Source: Paragordius varius
Lineage: Eukaryota; Animalia; Nematomorpha
Assembly: GCA_964247055.1 (NCBI GenBank)
Contig: OZ176056.1
Location: forward strand, 4,557,001-4,590,000
Length of the DNA: 33,000 bases
Direction of reading: 5' to 3'
Shown here: in pieces, positions 32,226 to 33,000 of the stretch
How positions within the stretch are numbered: position 1 is the first letter of the stretch
Layout of the letters: each line of letters begins with the position of its first letter
Notes under the pieces: generated by a model
Told to the model about the DNA's origin: nothing
Databases searched by the model: none
What the model saw: only the letters and a program-made list of their open reading frames with translations
Translations under genes and position numbers: made by a program

Positions 32226-32747
32226 ATTATAATGCAAAAGAAATGTAAATTAATAGGAATATATCCCTGATAAATGGATGCCTAATAAAAGGAAAGAAAT
32301 ATAATTAATTGTATGACATTTTGTCCTACTTATACATAAAGATATAAATAAACAATTAATGATAATTATTATCTAATGAGAAGAGAATTTTCAAAGCATT
32401 AAATTTTTGACTTTTTAAGCTAAAAACAATATTACGATGTTTCACAAATAAAACATAAAAACCGGCAAACTCATTTCAAATTTTAAAGCTTAACAATTAG
32501 CCCGAAATTATAAATAAATGTCCAAATGTAACTGTATTATATCCATATCTTCAAAAATTTCATATATATATTTAAATATAACTATTTATTAATTAAAAAT
32601 TTAGATAAAAACCTGCTGTAGTTTTTAACTGAGCCCTTCGACGCTCTAGAATTTTGAGTAAAGCGGCCCCTTTCCTAGGCCCAAGCCCCGAAAGGTATTG
32701 AACCAAACAATTGGCTATACTGTTTGCCGATGATATGGATCCCAAAT
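25531..32747 (-). CDS. SUPT6H: Transcription elongation factor / histone chaperone SPT6, 3' part (HhH, DLD, S1, tandem SH2, C-terminal tail); 5' exons lie beyond the window
   Basis: Eleven phase-consistent GT-AG exons: 32747-32613, 32094-31939, 30805-30552, 30195-29963, 29554-29385, 29067-28929, 28618-28257, 28092-27853, 27386-27128, 26343-26258, 25976-25531 (TAG). Diagnostic motifs: [139 protein letters not shown]. Confidence 0.96.
26811..26954. repeat. Inverted repeat (~55-bp arms, ~40-nt loop) in an SPT6 intron; probable small MITE
   Basis: GTTGCTTATTTCAC..TAGGGCAATT..AACACAG vs CTGTGTT..AATTGCCCTA..GTGAAATAAGCAAC. Confidence 0.8.
30240..30281. repeat. (AT)n microsatellite in an SPT6 intron
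   Basis: Perfect AT run. Confidence 0.95.
30895..31149. mobile_element. ~255-bp MITE in an SPT6 intron with a 21-bp subterminal tandem repeat
   Basis: TATACCATTTACAATTC (30895) / GAACTGTAAATGGTATA (to 31149). GGGTGA(A/C)TTTGAA(T/C)TGT occurs three times at 31081, 31102 and 31123. The terminal 10-mer is identical to family D. Confidence 0.7.
31410..31870. mobile_element. Family E MITE, interrupted by a Tc1/mariner MITE
   Basis: GAAATTATACGGACAAAACG, ACCATACTTTTT ... AAAAAGTATGGT and TTTTGTCCATATA landmarks. Confidence 0.7.
31569..31757. mobile_element. Tc1/mariner-type MITE, 189 bp, TA target-site duplication
   Basis: TA|CAGTCATGTATGAGAATTGTCAAA ... TTTGACAATTCTAAACACACATGACTG|TA. Confidence 0.85.
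32171..32224. repeat. Compound (AT)n(GT)n microsatellite
   Basis: AT run 32171-32212 followed by a GT run to 32224. Confidence 0.95.
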
Positions 32748-33000
32748 CTAATGTATAAATACATTTTAGAGATAAAAAATTAATATCACAAATAAAATAT
32801 TATTATTATAAAGAAAAAAAAACGCTTCTGAACCCAATTTTTTTAATATAACACATAGTTTTGGGTTTCAAAATAATGATAAGAAATGTAAATTGATAAA
32901 AGTCTCATATACAGTTCATTTGTTAGAGTCATTTAGAATAAAATAAAGGGGTGAGGTGAAAAAAAGTAGAGTTGTCATTTTTAAAAAAATATAGATCTTT

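Noticed and set aside
1-33000. tRNA, rRNA, CRISPR arrays or prokaryotic operon-like systems
   Set aside because: No cloverleaf or T-loop context, no rRNA-like GC-rich block and no regularly spaced repeat-spacer array; the DNA is intron-containing eukaryotic sequence.

Overview
Very AT-rich eukaryotic DNA (roughly a quarter GC by eye) with GT-AG spliceosomal introns and the standard genetic code. It is almost certainly metazoan: SPT6 carries the animal-type 'IRxxETGLWxCPxC' segment. The fast-evolving proteins and the mix of ultrashort and TE-filled introns suggest a divergent, possibly parasitic animal (inference only). Two housekeeping genes can be fully spliced by hand: a complete RPS13 (+, 10300-11774, 6 exons, 151 aa, including a 27-nt intron) and the 3' part of SPT6 (-, 11 exons, 32747-25531; the 5' end lies outside the window). 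RPS13 intron 1 holds a box C/D snoRNA whose guide matches the 18S Am166 site (SNORD44/U44-like). A single-coding-exon 190-aa ORF (-, 20777-21349) has a BH3-like motif and a C-terminal hydrophobic tail, making it a candidate BH3-only apoptosis regulator. Two or three tentative orphan multi-exon genes are also present. Much of the remainder is DNA-transposon debris: a decayed Helitron helicase, a decayed hAT transposase, a TTAA-flanked piggyBac-type MITE, a TA-flanked Tc1/mariner MITE, several long foldback families that are partly nested, a ~325-bp tandem array and (AT)n microsatellites. Most of the short ORFs in the supplied track are spurious or are single exons of these genes. Repeat boundaries were placed by eye and are approximate unless TIR/TSD coordinates are given.
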